Shown: positions 44,047 through 54,089 of the stretch, one piece after another | How the letters are laid out: each line of letters opens with the position of its first letter | How positions within the stretch are numbered: the first letter of the stretch is position 1 | DNA from: Planctomycetota bacterium | GTDB lineage: Bacteria > Planctomycetota > JAJSAM01 > JAJVHW01 | Direction: 5' to 3' | DNA length: 64,000 nucleotides | Assembly: GCA_965248445.1 (NCBI GenBank) | Contig: CBDFJG010000003.1 | Coordinates: 704,001 to 768,000 of the forward strand | The notes under the pieces: model-generated | What the model was told of the DNA's origin: nothing | Databases searched by the model: none | Seen by the model: only the letters and a program-made list of their open reading frames with translations | Made by a program: the position numbers and the translations under genes

Positions 44047-45216
44047 CTACTTTGGAGCCGGCTCGACGCTCCAGGCCGCGGCGGGCACGATCCGCAGCCC
44101 GCGCGCCGCGACGGCGGCGCGCTGAAGCGGCAGAGGTCCGGAGGCCCGCAGCCCGAGGCGGCGCAGCCACGCCTGGAGGTCCGCTCCGGCAGCCCGTCGC
44201 CCGCCGGTCGCTCCCTCGCGTGCGGGCCCGGTCGCGCGCTCTCCGGGGAACGCCAGGATGCGAGAGCGCCCCCTCTCGAGGGTCAGTCGGACTCCCCGTC
44301 CGGTGAGCAACTCGACCCCCTCCTCGCTGCCGTCCCCCGCCTCGACGTGCAGCACAGTAGGTCGGCCGGCTCCAGCGGACGGCAGGATCGTGCCGGAGCC
44401 GTCGCGCACGGCCTCGACCCGCACGAGGGTCACGGAGTCGCGCCCGTCGTCGAGGACCAGCGACGCGCCGCGCAGAGCGCCGGGGAGACGGTCGCCTGCG
44501 AGCAGCCAGGCCAGGGCGACGATGCACGGAGCCGTGAGCCAGAGCGAGACGAGTCCCGGCCGTTCGCGACGGGTCCGCAGGAGCAACGCGAGCAAAGCGG
44601 TCGCGGCGGCGAGCAGCACCAGCGCCAGCGACACGTCGCGGGTCAGCACAGGCGCGCCGTCCGCCGCGCTCGCAAGGGCCCGGAACGCGTCGATGCCGCC
44701 GCCGGTCCGGTCTGCGCGCCACGGATCGAGGAAGCGGCGTCGCACGCCCTCCTCCGCCGCGGTCCGTACTGCAGCGGGGAGGGCAGGAGCGGCACGCAGA
44801 TCGATCCGCCACCAGAGCCGCCATGCCTCGGGTACCGTCGGTAGACCCTCGACCGACAGTCGCACGTCGCTGCTCTCGAACGACCTACTGCCCGGCGCTG
44901 CCGTGCCCTGGAACATGAGGAGTGGACGGACCTCCTTCGTGTGCATCGATGACGCGCCGTCGCGATGCACCTCGAACGTCACCGTGCTGCCCCGAATCGC
45001 GACGCCCGGCAGCACGAATTCGTCGCCATTGACGCCCGCCGGCTCGACCCACGGCGCCCCCTCGGCGCGCACACGATCGGGCACAGGCCGCACGCGAACG
45101 CTCACGGGATACCCGGCGCGCACGTGGCCGTCGAACAGCACCTCGACGCGCATGTCGTCGGCGAGCGCCGGCACGGCGAGGAGCAGAAGGACGGCGAGGA
45201 TGAACGCGTTTCTCAT
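44047..45216 (-). CDS. Hypothetical membrane protein with signal peptide
   Basis: [19 protein letters not shown] signal, two central TM segments, ATGA overlap with the upstream gene. Confidence 0.65.
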   Translation of the reverse strand: MRNAFILAVLLLLAVPALADDMRVEVLFDGHVRAGYPVSVRVRPVPDRVRAEGAPWVEPAGVNGDEFVLPGVAIRGSTVTFEVHRDGASSMHTKEVRPLLMFQGTAAPGSRSFESSDVRLSVEGLPTVPEAWRLWWRIDLRAAPALPAAVRTAAEEGVRRRFLDPWRADRTGGGIDAFRALASAADGAPVLTRDVSLALVLLAAATALLALLLRTRRERPGLVSLWLTAPCIVALAWLLAGDRLPGALRGASLVLDDGRDSVTLVRVEAVRDGSGTILPSAGAGRPTVLHVEAGDGSEEGVELLTGRGVRLTLERGRSRILAFPGERATGPAREGATGGRRAAGADLQAWLRRLGLRASGPLPLQRAAVAARGLRIVPAAAWSVEPAPK

Positions 45217-45842
45217 CGCACCCGCCCTCGCCATACGCCCCGCGACGCCAGCACGAGCAGAACACAGCCCACGACCGCCGGGAGCGCGTCGATCGCCATG
45301 GCCTGCGGTGCCGATTGCGCGAGCAGCACTGGGAACATGACCGGCGACACACCGAGTGTGCCGAGTGCGTCCACACGCAGGAACTCGGCCAGCACGTAGG
45401 CGATCACCGGCCAGCCGAACGTCAGGAACGCGAGCACCGTCATGTGGCGTCGGCGGTTCCCTCCCGCGCCGAGCGCTCCGCTGACGCCCCACGCGACCGC
45501 TGCGGCTGCGACGGCCACCGCGTGCCCGCTCCCCGCCCCCGTCGCGGCCGCCAGGGTCGCGTGGAACGGAAGCGCCACGACGAGCAACACGAGCGCACGC
45601 AACCACGCCCGTCGTCCGCTCACTCGTCCCGGCCACACGAGCGAGAGCAGGAGGACTGCGTCGAACGCGGACAGGAGCACGTCCGGTGAGAGAGCGCGTG
45701 CCGCTCCGGGCGCGACCGGCGCCGGACGGCCGAGCGCGTAGGCGGCCAACCCTCCCGCAAGTGCGAGCAGGGGCGCGACGACGCCGGCCGGCACGCGCCC
45801 TGGTCCCATGGCGTATTGCCGTTCCGTCGCAGCCACCGTCAT
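45213..45842 (-). CDS. Hypothetical multi-pass membrane protein
   Basis: About 6 hydrophobic segments; loosely ABC-2 permease-like. Confidence 0.6.
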   Translation of the reverse strand: MTVAATERQYAMGPGRVPAGVVAPLLALAGGLAAYALGRPAPVAPGAARALSPDVLLSAFDAVLLLSLVWPGRVSGRRAWLRALVLLVVALPFHATLAAATGAGSGHAVAVAAAAVAWGVSGALGAGGNRRRHMTVLAFLTFGWPVIAYVLAEFLRVDALGTLGVSPVMFPVLLAQSAPQAMAIDALPAVVGCVLLVLASRGVWRGRVR

Positions 45843-45873
45843 CGCGTCACCGTAGCGCGCGGACGGCGACGCG

Positions 45874-45893
45874 CCATCTGCGTCAGCAGATGG
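45874..45893. repeat. REP-like palindrome
   Basis: CCATCTGC-GTCA-GCAGATGG (compensatory T:A pair) just after the ftsQ stop. Confidence 0.75.
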
Positions 45894-45902
45894 GCCAGGA
45901 CA

Positions 45903-46922
45903 CTACGGGCGCCGTGCGACGACGCGAAGAGGGGGCTCCCACACCGGTGCCGGCCGCAACGGCACGACGCGTAGGTCCGCGAACGCGACCAGCACGCGCT
46001 CCAGCGTGGCGAGGGCCGGATCCGCGACGAGCGCACGGAGCACGTGGTTGGTCTTCTGCGCGAACGAGGGTTCGCCGCGCCGTTCACCGCAGCGCCCCCA
46101 CTCGACCGCGCAATCCGTCGGTCGTGCGCCGGCGGCGGTGCGCGGTGCCGCGCGCAACACGACCTCCGGCAAGCTGGGATCGATGCGTCCCGTGAAGTTC
46201 GTGACGTCCACCTCGTCGAGGAGGGCGAGATGCTGCCGTTCCGTGGTGACGGGCCACATGGCCAGACCGTCCAGCAGAGCGAGTGCTGCCTGCACGTCGT
46301 CTGCGCAGGTGGCGCCTGGCTTCGGCAGCGCACCGCCTGCTCCGGTCACGATGGGCAGCAAGCGGCCCTCGACCACCGGACGCAACGCGTGGCCTGTGGA
46401 GACCACGACGCCCTCGCCGTCGACGACCGAGAAGCCCGGCATCTCCCCGGCGCCGGCGACGGCCGCGCGGGGGCGACGGAACTCCACGTGGATGTCGAGT
46501 TCGTTGGGGAACCGGCGCCGCACCGAGCGCACCGAGCGGACTTCGGGCTCCGCCTCGATCCTTGCGACGAGCCAGTCGATGGCCTCGCGGTCGTGCAGAC
46601 GCACGGTTCGGCCCGAGAGTCCCGCGCGACGCGGGAGGTCCCGCAGGGACGGGCTGTCGCAGAACGCCGGAACGTCGGACCACTGCCAGTTCGCGACGTG
46701 GACCTCGTGCCGCGGGTCGGCCCGCCGCCGCAACTCGGCGGCGTGGACGACCAGGCAGGCCGCCGCCACGAACGAGCAGACGATCAGCGACCTCAGCGCG
46801 AACAGGAGTCGCGGCCGCACGACCTCCCAGCCGGAGATGGCGGGCGGATCGAGGGCGGCCTCGGCGCGCGTGGCTCGGGTGAGGTTCACCCCGTCGGTGC
46901 CTCGCGCGCGAAACGGCTCCAT
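45903..46922 (-). CDS. ftsQ: Cell division protein FtsQ/DivIB-like
   Basis: One N-terminal TM, POTRA-like IEAEPEVRSVRSVRRRFPNELDIHVEFRRPRAAV, VVDGEGVV; end of the dcw cluster. Confidence 0.75.
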   Translation of the reverse strand: MEPFRARGTDGVNLTRATRAEAALDPPAISGWEVVRPRLLFALRSLIVCSFVAAACLVVHAAELRRRADPRHEVHVANWQWSDVPAFCDSPSLRDLPRRAGLSGRTVRLHDREAIDWLVARIEAEPEVRSVRSVRRRFPNELDIHVEFRRPRAAVAGAGEMPGFSVVDGEGVVVSTGHALRPVVEGRLLPIVTGAGGALPKPGATCADDVQAALALLDGLAMWPVTTERQHLALLDEVDVTNFTGRIDPSLPEVVLRAAPRTAAGARPTDCAVEWGRCGERRGEPSFAQKTNHVLRALVADPALATLERVLVAFADLRVVPLRPAPVWEPPLRVVARRP

Positions 46923-47249
46923 CCAGACCGACCTCCCACCGCCACCGCCGGTGCGGCTGTCCAGAGCCGCACGTGTCTCCGAGTCCGTTCATCGTCCACG
47001 ACGAACGTGCCCTGCGGCGGCCCGTTCGGAATCCTCCCCGGGAGCCGCGTTCCCAAGGCTGACAGTCCGCAGACTCGGACGGAATCCGCCGCGCCCGACG
47101 CGGCGCGAGAATCGTTCACCGCCGAGACGCCCGAAGACGTTCCGGCCGGTGAGCGAGGGTGCGACGGAGCGGCATCCCAACCGTCCGGTGGACGGTTGGG
47201 AACGAGCGAACGCGAGGCAGCGGCCAGCGGCCGATGCCGAGTGGACGAG

Positions 47250-47391
47250 CCATCCGCACCATCGGCGTCAGCGGATGGGCAGACAAACATGCCGCGTCAT
47301 CCGTGTCAGCGGATGGGCAGACAAGCACTGCCGCGTCCGCAAGCGGCGCAACCGGCATCGCTCCAACTGCGTCATCCGCGTGAGCGGATGA
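47250..47391. repeat. Cluster of three REP-like palindromes
   Basis: Copies at 47259-47278, 47298-47315 and 47372-47391; GTCAGCGGATGGGCAGACAA occurs twice. Confidence 0.75.
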
Positions 47392-47399
47392 GCCAGGTA

Positions 47400-47675
47400 T
47401 CAGCTGCCGAGCAGCGAGGGCTTGGCGTCCTCGACGAACTTCCGGTCGCCGGCCGACGCGGACGCCTTGGTCGTGCTGCCGATCAGCTTCTCGTAGTCCT
47501 CGACGAACAACTCGAGCGTCGAGAGTGCGGAGAAGAGGAGATGCCGGTTGATCTCGGCGTTCTCGCCCTTGCCGCTGTGGGCGACCTCGTGGCGCAGCAG
47601 GCTGATGGTCACCTTCACCGGGTGCAGGCGCCGCGTGACGAAGTCGCTGAGGCTCATCTTCTCGGGAACGATCAT
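47400..47675 (-). CDS. Small hypothetical protein (91 aa) inside the dcw cluster
   Basis: ATG with GGAG RBS, strong third-position GC bias, balanced amino-acid composition. Confidence 0.7.
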   Translation of the reverse strand: MIVPEKMSLSDFVTRRLHPVKVTISLLRHEVAHSGKGENAEINRHLLFSALSTLELFVEDYEKLIGSTTKASASAGDRKFVEDAKPSLLGS

Positions 47676-47762
47676 GTTGGCTCCGTGTGTCGACCGGATC
47701 TCTCCGGCCCCTCCGTACCGAGGACCGCGGTGCGTGCGGCCTCTCTTGTCCTCGAACTCCCC

Positions 47763-47821
47763 CCACCCGCGTCAGCAGATGGGCCGATCCAAATCGCGCC
47801 ATCCGCGTCAGCGGATGGGCC
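47763..47821. repeat. Two REP-like palindromes
   Basis: CCACCCGCGTCAGCAGATGG and CCATCCGCGTCAGCGGATGG. Confidence 0.75.
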
Positions 47822-47912
47822 AAACATCTCTTTCTGTCCGCGTGGACGGACAGGTCGGAAGACGCACGGAGGGTAGAGACAGCCGGGGACACGCAGGCGC
47901 GGTCCGTCCATC

Positions 47913-48836
47913 TCATCCGCCGCCGCGTCTCCAGACCTCGACTTCCAGTTCCAGTTCGATGCCGGTCTGCCGCGCGACCTCCCCGCGCACGAGGTCGATC
48001 AGGCGCAGGACGTCATCGCCCTCCGCATCCCCGCCGGTGACGAGGAAGTTCCCGTGGACCGCGCTGACGGCGACCCCGCCGACGGACGCTCCGAGGAGCC
48101 CGGCGCGGTCCACGAGCCGCCCGGCACTCTCGCCGGGCGGGTTCTTGAAGATGCAGCCTGCGCTCGGCTCGGAGAGCGGCTGCGCGGCTCCCTTGCTCCG
48201 GTGGATCTCTGCGACTTCGAGGCGGTACGCCTCGGGGTCGCAGGGCGGCAGCCTCAGGCGGGCCTCCACGATCACGAGTCCAGCCAGACGGCTCGCTCGG
48301 TAGGCGAACCCGCACTCGTCCGCGGCCAACTCCCGCAAGCGTGCACTCTCGTCGACGACGACGACGGACTCGATGCACGGCCCGAACTCGCCCCAGCGGC
48401 CGCCGGCGTTCATGCGGGCGGCGCCACCGACCGTGGCGGGATACCCCACCAGGCACTGCAATCCGCCCAGCCCCCGCTCGCGGGTCGTGGCGAGCAACCG
48501 GGCCGTCGAGAGACCCGCCCCGGCGGTCACCGCCCCGTCGTCGCCGATGCGCAGGTGATCGAGACCGTTGGTGCGCAGGACGTAGCCGTCCACGCCATCA
48601 CTGCCCACCACGAGGTTGGAGCCCTTGCCGAGCACCCGGAGGGGGACGCCTTCATCGCGCGCGGCACGCACCACCGCGGCGACTCCCTCGACGGTCTCCG
48701 GCTCCACGAGGTGATCGGCCGCGCCGCCGACCCGGAGCGTCGTATAGGGGCGCAACGTGTTCGGACTGGCCCGTCGAATCCCGCTACGGGGAGATGATCT
48801 GGCTGTCGTACGTGCGAAGCCGTTCGGCCAGGTCAC
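47913..48836 (-). CDS. murB: UDP-N-acetylenolpyruvoylglucosamine reductase
   Basis: TTLRVGG, LGKGSNL, TVGGAARMNAG, FAYRAS, SAGCIFKNP and HGNFLV motifs; start is GTG 48836 (GGAGG RBS) or TTG 48755. Confidence 0.94.
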   Translation of the reverse strand: MTWPNGFARTTARSSPRSGIRRASPNTLRPYTTLRVGGAADHLVEPETVEGVAAVVRAARDEGVPLRVLGKGSNLVVGSDGVDGYVLRTNGLDHLRIGDDGAVTAGAGLSTARLLATTRERGLGGLQCLVGYPATVGGAARMNAGGRWGEFGPCIESVVVVDESARLRELAADECGFAYRASRLAGLVIVEARLRLPPCDPEAYRLEVAEIHRSKGAAQPLSEPSAGCIFKNPPGESAGRLVDRAGLLGASVGGVAVSAVHGNFLVTGGDAEGDDVLRLIDLVRGEVARQTGIELELEVEVWRRGGG

Positions 48837-50205
48837 GTGACACCTCCCCCACGCTTCCGGCGCCCATCGTCACGACGAGATCGCCCAACCGGATCTCGGA
48901 CAAGATCGCGTCGGCCACGTCGGCCAGACGCTCGCAATACGTCACATCGACCCCGCGGTTCGCCGCGGTGCGGACGAGGTCCAGCGCGTGCACGGCGCGC
49001 CGGGCCTCCTCGGAGTCGCGGGACAGGAAGATGTCCGGCACGAACACGCGGTCGGCGCGCTTGAGCGACTCCGCGAACTCGCGCATGTGACGTCGCGTCC
49101 GGCTCGCCTGGTGCGGCTGGAACACCGCGACGATGCGGCGGCCGGGGTGCTCCTCGCGGAGGGTCGTCAGGACGGCCGCCAGCTCCTGCGGGTGGTGCGC
49201 GTAATCGTCGAGCACGACGACGCCGTGTCCCTCGTAATGGAGCTGCATGCGGCGATCGACGCCGTTGTACTGGAGCAGGGACGGCCCCACGACCTCGTCG
49301 AGGTCGACGCCCAGCCGGTGCGCGACCGCGATCACGCCGAGCGAGTTACAGAGGTTGTGTAGGCCCGCCAGCCGCAGCCCGAACGTCCCGACGTACTCGC
49401 CGTGGTGACGGACCCGAAACTGCGTGACGCCGTCGGTGCGGCGCCAGTCCGATGCGATCCAGTCTGCGTTGTCGCGCAGGCCGAATGTTTCGACCTCGCA
49501 GACGACATCATCGCAGCGGAACACGCGCTCGTGTTCGTTCAGCGTCGCCAGGTAGCCGTCGGCCGGCAAGAGGCGCGCGAAGTCGTGGAACGCGTCCTCG
49601 ATCTCATCCAGATCGCGGTAGTAGTCGAAGTGGTCCCCGTCGATGTTGGTGACCACGGCCGTTGTCGGAGCCAGCGAGAGGAACGAGCGATCGAACTCGC
49701 ACGCCTCGGCCACGAAGTAACGACCGCAACCCGGCCGGTAGTTACCGCCGAGCGGCGCTGCCTCGCCGCCGAGGACCATCGTCGGATCCATTCCCGCGTC
49801 GACGAGGACGGTCGCCATCAGACCGGTGGTAGTCGTCTTGCCGTGTGTGCCGGCGACCGCGACACCATGTTCCAGTCGCATCAACTCCCCGAGTGCCTGC
49901 GCGTACTTCACGACGCGTATCCCCCGTGCGGTCGCGACGGCGACCTCCGGGTTGCCCGCGCCGACTGCCGCGGTAGCGACCAGCACGTCCACGTCGCCGG
50001 CGACGTTCTCCGTCGTGTGTCCAAGCGTGATGCGGGCGCCGAGGCTGCGCAGCTTCGCAACACGTTCGCCTTCGCGTGAATCACTCCCGGTGACCTCGTG
50101 TCCGAGGTGCAGGAGCGCTTGCGCCAGAGCAGATACACCGACGCCGCCGACGCCGACGAGGTGCACCTTGCGCTTTTCGGAGAACAGCCCCGGAGATCGG
50201 ATCAT
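48784..50205 (-). CDS. murC: UDP-N-acetylmuramate--L-alanine ligase
   Basis: HLVGVGGVGVSALA, AGTHGKTTT, EACEFDRSF, DDYAHHP and FQPHQASRT motifs. Confidence 0.96.
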   Translation of the reverse strand: MIRSPGLFSEKRKVHLVGVGGVGVSALAQALLHLGHEVTGSDSREGERVAKLRSLGARITLGHTTENVAGDVDVLVATAAVGAGNPEVAVATARGIRVVKYAQALGELMRLEHGVAVAGTHGKTTTTGLMATVLVDAGMDPTMVLGGEAAPLGGNYRPGCGRYFVAEACEFDRSFLSLAPTTAVVTNIDGDHFDYYRDLDEIEDAFHDFARLLPADGYLATLNEHERVFRCDDVVCEVETFGLRDNADWIASDWRRTDGVTQFRVRHHGEYVGTFGLRLAGLHNLCNSLGVIAVAHRLGVDLDEVVGPSLLQYNGVDRRMQLHYEGHGVVVLDDYAHHPQELAAVLTTLREEHPGRRIVAVFQPHQASRTRRHMREFAESLKRADRVFVPDIFLSRDSEEARRAVHALDLVRTAANRGVDVTYCERLADVADAILSEIRLGDLVVTMGAGSVGEVSRDLAERLRTYDSQIISP

Positions 50206-51383
50206 GCGGTCGTCGCCTCCAACTTGCGGCCTGACAGACTCGGCGGCGGCGGGGACACTGTGTTCCGCGCGCACTCCAGGACGATGTCGGCGACACAGCC
50301 GGCGGCGCGCGGTCGCGCGACGCTCCGAGCGCCGGCGCTCTTCTCGAGACGCGATTCGCGGTCGCCGAGCATGGAGCGGAGTTCGTCCGCGATGCGGGCC
50401 GCCGTGAGATCCGTCTCCGGGACGAGCACCGCAGCGCCGGCCGCGACGAGCGCGCTCGCGTTCTTCGCCTGGTGGTCGTCGCGGTGGTGCGGGTACGGAA
50501 CGAGAAGCGAAGGCAGCCCCGCCGCCGCGATCTCTGCGACGGCCGTGCCGCCGGCGCGGGACACCAGCGCGTCGCAGGTGCCGTAGAACGCGCCCATGTC
50601 CTCGAAGAACGGGCGCACGAGCGCACGTACACCGTGCGTCGCGTAGAGCTCGGCCAGCGCCGTGGCCGCCTCGATGGACCCCGTCGCGTGCAGGATCTGG
50701 AGCCGGCGTTCCCGGGGTCCGCCGAGCTTGGCCACGATGGCGGGAAGTGCCTCGGCGAAGCGCAGGTTGACCATGCGGGCGCCGAGGCTGCCGCCGAGCA
50801 CCCCGATGACCGGCTTGCGGGGCGAGAGTCCGTATCGCTCGTGCGCCGGCGCCGCGTCGAGAATCTGACGCCGTACCGGATTGCCAGTCGTCACGACGCG
50901 TGCTCCCCCGGTCGGCGGCAGCGATTCGGGGAACGACGTAGCCACCACGTCCGCGAACCGGGCCAACGCGCGAGTCGCGCGGCCGGGCACGGCGTTCTGC
51001 TCGAGCAGCACCACCGGGACGCGTGCGAGCCGAGCTGCGATGACCGGTGCAACGCTGCCGTACCCGCCCAGCCCGACGACCACGTCGGCCCGTTCGCGGC
51101 GGATCGCACGCAGGGCACGCGCCACCGCGCCGACCAGGCGCGCCCCGAACGCCGGCGCGCTGCGCAGACCCGCAGGGCGCCGCGGCGACGCGACGCGCAC
51201 GGTGTCCATTCGCAGGCCGCGGCCGTGCAGCGCCGTCTGCTCGCGCTCGGTGGCCGCGAGGAGCACGCGAGCGCCCGGAGCGCGAAGCTGCACCTCCTCC
51301 GCAACTGCGAGACCCGGGAAGAGGTGTCCGCCGGTTCCGCCCCCGGCGAGCAGCACCGTCGGCATGCCGGCCGCGCGGATCAC
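50202..51383 (-). CDS. murG: Lipid II GlcNAc transferase
   Basis: GGGTGGHLFPG, GLGGY, EQNAVPG, GNPVR, GGSLGA and RAGG motifs; start is 51383 or 51365. Confidence 0.95.
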   Translation of the reverse strand: MIRAAGMPTVLLAGGGTGGHLFPGLAVAEEVQLRAPGARVLLAATEREQTALHGRGLRMDTVRVASPRRPAGLRSAPAFGARLVGAVARALRAIRRERADVVVGLGGYGSVAPVIAARLARVPVVLLEQNAVPGRATRALARFADVVATSFPESLPPTGGARVVTTGNPVRRQILDAAPAHERYGLSPRKPVIGVLGGSLGARMVNLRFAEALPAIVAKLGGPRERRLQILHATGSIEAATALAELYATHGVRALVRPFFEDMGAFYGTCDALVSRAGGTAVAEIAAAGLPSLLVPYPHHRDDHQAKNASALVAAGAAVLVPETDLTAARIADELRSMLGDRESRLEKSAGARSVARPRAAGCVADIVLECARNTVSPPPPSLSGRKLEATTA

Positions 51384-52639
51384 GAGGCGGCTCCCATCGC
51401 GTGAGTGGACGGGACCCTGTTCGGTGGCGTGCCCCAGACGGGACTCTGCTCCCCGCGGGCGAGCGCGTCGACGCGCCGGGCGACGGCGTACACGAGACCC
51501 ACCGCGAAGCAGAGGACCAGGAGCGACGAGCCGCCGAACGAGACGAATGGAAGCGCGATGCCCTTGGTCGGCACGCTCGCCGTGACGACCGCGATGTTCC
51601 CTGCGGCCTGCAATCCGATCCAGAACACGAGTCCGAACGCGAGCAGGAAGCCGAAGCGATAGCGTCTCGCCGCCGCCATCGCGACGCGCAGTCCGGCGAG
51701 CACGAGCACGATGAACAGCAGCACCACGAGACCCGTGCCGACGAAGCCGAGCTCCTCGCCGATGATCGGCAGGATGAAGTCCGTGCGGCCCTCCGGGACG
51801 AACAACTTCTGCCATCCCGCACCGAGGCCCCGCCCGAACAGGCCACCGGAGCCGAGCCCGATCAGGCCCTGATCCACCTGGTACGTCGCGGGATCGGAGG
51901 CGATCCGCTCGCCGCCGACCGCCGCGAAGCGCCGCATGAACAGTTCCCAGCGTGCGGCGGCCTGCCAAGCGAGCACCGGCGACGCGAGGCATGCGAGATA
52001 CGCCAGTCGCGGAACGGGCACGCCGCCGACGAGCATGACGGCCACGCCGACTGCGCCCAGGAACACCGCCGTGCCGAAGTCCGGTTCCACGAGGACGAGG
52101 AAGCAGATGACGGCCACCGGCACGACGGCGGGAATCGTGCTGCGCAACCAGTCGCGCGCGCGGCCGGCCCGCGCCGTGAGCAGGTGCGCCAGATAGAGCA
52201 CGAGCGCGAGTTTTGCCGGCTCGCTGGGCTGGAACGACAGCGGCCCAACCCGGAGCCAGCGGTAGGCACCGTTCACCTTCTCCCGGATCCCCGGCAGCAG
52301 AACGAGCACCAGCATGCACGTCACGACGATCAGCAGGGGACGTGCGAGACGACGGAGGCGCGACAGGTCCATGCGCATGCCGAGCCCCATGACGACGGCG
52401 CCGAGCACCACGTGGAACACGTGCTTGCGCAGGAACGCCGAGCGGTCGAACGCGTCTCCGTCGGGACCGAACGCCGAGGCGCTGAATACCGCGATCGTCC
52501 CGATCAGGGTCAGCGCGAGAGCAGCCAGCACGAGCACGCGCGCGGACGGCTCCACCGGTCCGAGCGGCCGGGTCCACGCGGCCGGACCGGCGTCCTCGCG
52601 CACGGTGACGGAGTGGGCGGGGTGGAGGACCGCCGTCAC
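51380..52639 (-). CDS. ftsW: SEDS peptidoglycan polymerase FtsW
   Basis: NGAYRWL, FQPSE.AK, EPDFGT, TDFILPIIGEELG and PTKGIALPFVSFGGSS motifs. Confidence 0.94.
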   Translation of the reverse strand: MTAVLHPAHSVTVREDAGPAAWTRPLGPVEPSARVLVLAALALTLIGTIAVFSASAFGPDGDAFDRSAFLRKHVFHVVLGAVVMGLGMRMDLSRLRRLARPLLIVVTCMLVLVLLPGIREKVNGAYRWLRVGPLSFQPSEPAKLALVLYLAHLLTARAGRARDWLRSTIPAVVPVAVICFLVLVEPDFGTAVFLGAVGVAVMLVGGVPVPRLAYLACLASPVLAWQAAARWELFMRRFAAVGGERIASDPATYQVDQGLIGLGSGGLFGRGLGAGWQKLFVPEGRTDFILPIIGEELGFVGTGLVVLLFIVLVLAGLRVAMAAARRYRFGFLLAFGLVFWIGLQAAGNIAVVTASVPTKGIALPFVSFGGSSLLVLCFAVGLVYAVARRVDALARGEQSPVWGTPPNRVPSTHAMGAAS

Positions 52640-52643
52640 CTAG

Positions 52644-52927
52644 GAGCCTGTTTGAGTAACCCGCGCGGCCACGACGCTGCGCCGGTGGCCCGGATGCAAG
52701 GCGGACCGATGAAGGCACCCCCGGTGGGTTGTCGAAGAGGTCCAACGCCGCAGACGGCCACCGTCGCAGCGCCCCGAGTGTCGTACTGATCTTCACGAGG
52801 GGTCGGCAGAGGCCGGCCCCCGCCGCGTCGGACCGCGTCAGCAGATCGATGGATCTTCATCCTTCGCCCTCCTTGCGGGCATCCGGCCTCTGCCGATCGT
52901 GACTCGCCTGGTTACTCAAGCAGGCTC
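52644..52927. mobile_element. MITE (284 bp, non-autonomous)
   Basis: 18-bp IRs GAGCCTG(T/C)TTGAGTAACC; CTAG duplicated at 52640-52643 and 52928-52931; no transposase; internal stems. Confidence 0.88.
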
Positions 52928-54052
52928 CTAGAGCACTCTCTGCAGGCCGAGGGCGACGACGCCGCAAACCGCGGTCGAGATCCAGAAGCTCATCACGACC
53001 CGCGACTCTGGCCAGCCCTTGAACTGCAGGTGGTGGTGGAACGGTGCGATCAAGAAGATCCGCTTGCCGCCGCGGGTGCGGAACGACCAGACCTGCAGGA
53101 TCACGGAGACGGCTTCCCACACGAACACCGCGCCGGCTACGGCGAGTAGGATCTCCTGGCGCATGGCGACCGCGGAGATCGCGAGCGCGCCGCCGAGCGC
53201 CATGCTGCCCGTGTTGCCCATGAACACCCGGGCGGGATGGCAGTTCCACCACAGGAACCCGCCGGTGCCGCCGGCGAGTGCACATAGGAACACCGAGAGT
53301 TCGCCGCCAGACGGAACGAAGACCTGACCGATGTGCGGCGCAACGCGCGCGTGACCCACCAGGTACGCGGCCACGGCGAGCACCAGCGTGACGATCACGC
53401 CGCACCCGGCCGCCAGCCCGTCCAGCCCGTCGGTCAGATTGACCGCGTTGCTGGTGGCGACGAGCACGAACACACCCAGCGCGACCACGGCCGGGCCCAG
53501 TGGCACCGCCGCGTCGACGAACGGGATGCGCAGGTCGCTCCATCCCGGCACACCCTGCATCGCCCGCCAGATCCAGAACATGGCCACGGCGCCGATCAGG
53601 ACCTGGCCCCAGATCTTGGGCCAGGCGTCCATGCCCTTGCGGAGTTTGGCCGGGTTCTTCGGGTCGGCGACACCCATGAGCTTGATGCGGTCGTCCATGC
53701 CGCCGAGCACGCCCATCGCGGTCATCGTCCAGAGGGCCGCGACGACCAGCGGTTGATCCAGTCGCGCGAACAACAGCGTCGCGAGCGCTGTCGAGAGCAC
53801 GAGGATCATCCCGCCCATCGTGGGCGTACCGCCCTTGCCGGCGGCGGCGCTGCGTCGGTTCAACTCGTCGCAGTCCGATGCGATTCGCTCGCGCCAACTC
53901 AGCTGCCCGAGCCGCTGGATGATCCCCGGGCCGATGATCAGCCCGATCAGGAACGCCATGAGTCCGGCGCAGAGTGCGCGGAAGTGGATCGACTCGAACG
54001 CGCGGAAGCTCTCCACGTGATCGGCGAGCGGAACGAGCAGGTGGTAGATCAC
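52928..54052 (-). CDS. mraY: Phospho-N-acetylmuramoyl-pentapeptide transferase
   Basis: TPTMGG, DD, SNAVNLTDGLDGL, PARVFMG.TGS and APFHHHL motifs. Confidence 0.96.
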   Translation of the reverse strand: MIYHLLVPLADHVESFRAFESIHFRALCAGLMAFLIGLIIGPGIIQRLGQLSWRERIASDCDELNRRSAAAGKGGTPTMGGMILVLSTALATLLFARLDQPLVVAALWTMTAMGVLGGMDDRIKLMGVADPKNPAKLRKGMDAWPKIWGQVLIGAVAMFWIWRAMQGVPGWSDLRIPFVDAAVPLGPAVVALGVFVLVATSNAVNLTDGLDGLAAGCGVIVTLVLAVAAYLVGHARVAPHIGQVFVPSGGELSVFLCALAGGTGGFLWWNCHPARVFMGNTGSMALGGALAISAVAMRQEILLAVAGAVFVWEAVSVILQVWSFRTRGGKRIFLIAPFHHHLQFKGWPESRVVMSFWISTAVCGVVALGLQRVL

Positions 54053-54089
54053 CTCGCGCCCTCACGCGTCAGCTGGCTCCAACAGTCGT

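Noticed and set aside
47250..47391. Possible mini-CRISPR from repeated GTCAGCGGATGGGCAGACAA
   Set aside because: Only two close copies with irregular spacing, and the same palindrome is dispersed across the window, so it is REP-like.
48784..52796. Apparent 1020-aa MurC and 864-aa MurG fusions
   Set aside because: The N-terminal extensions are alternative frames of upstream genes; the true starts at 50205 and about 51383 overlap upstream stops.
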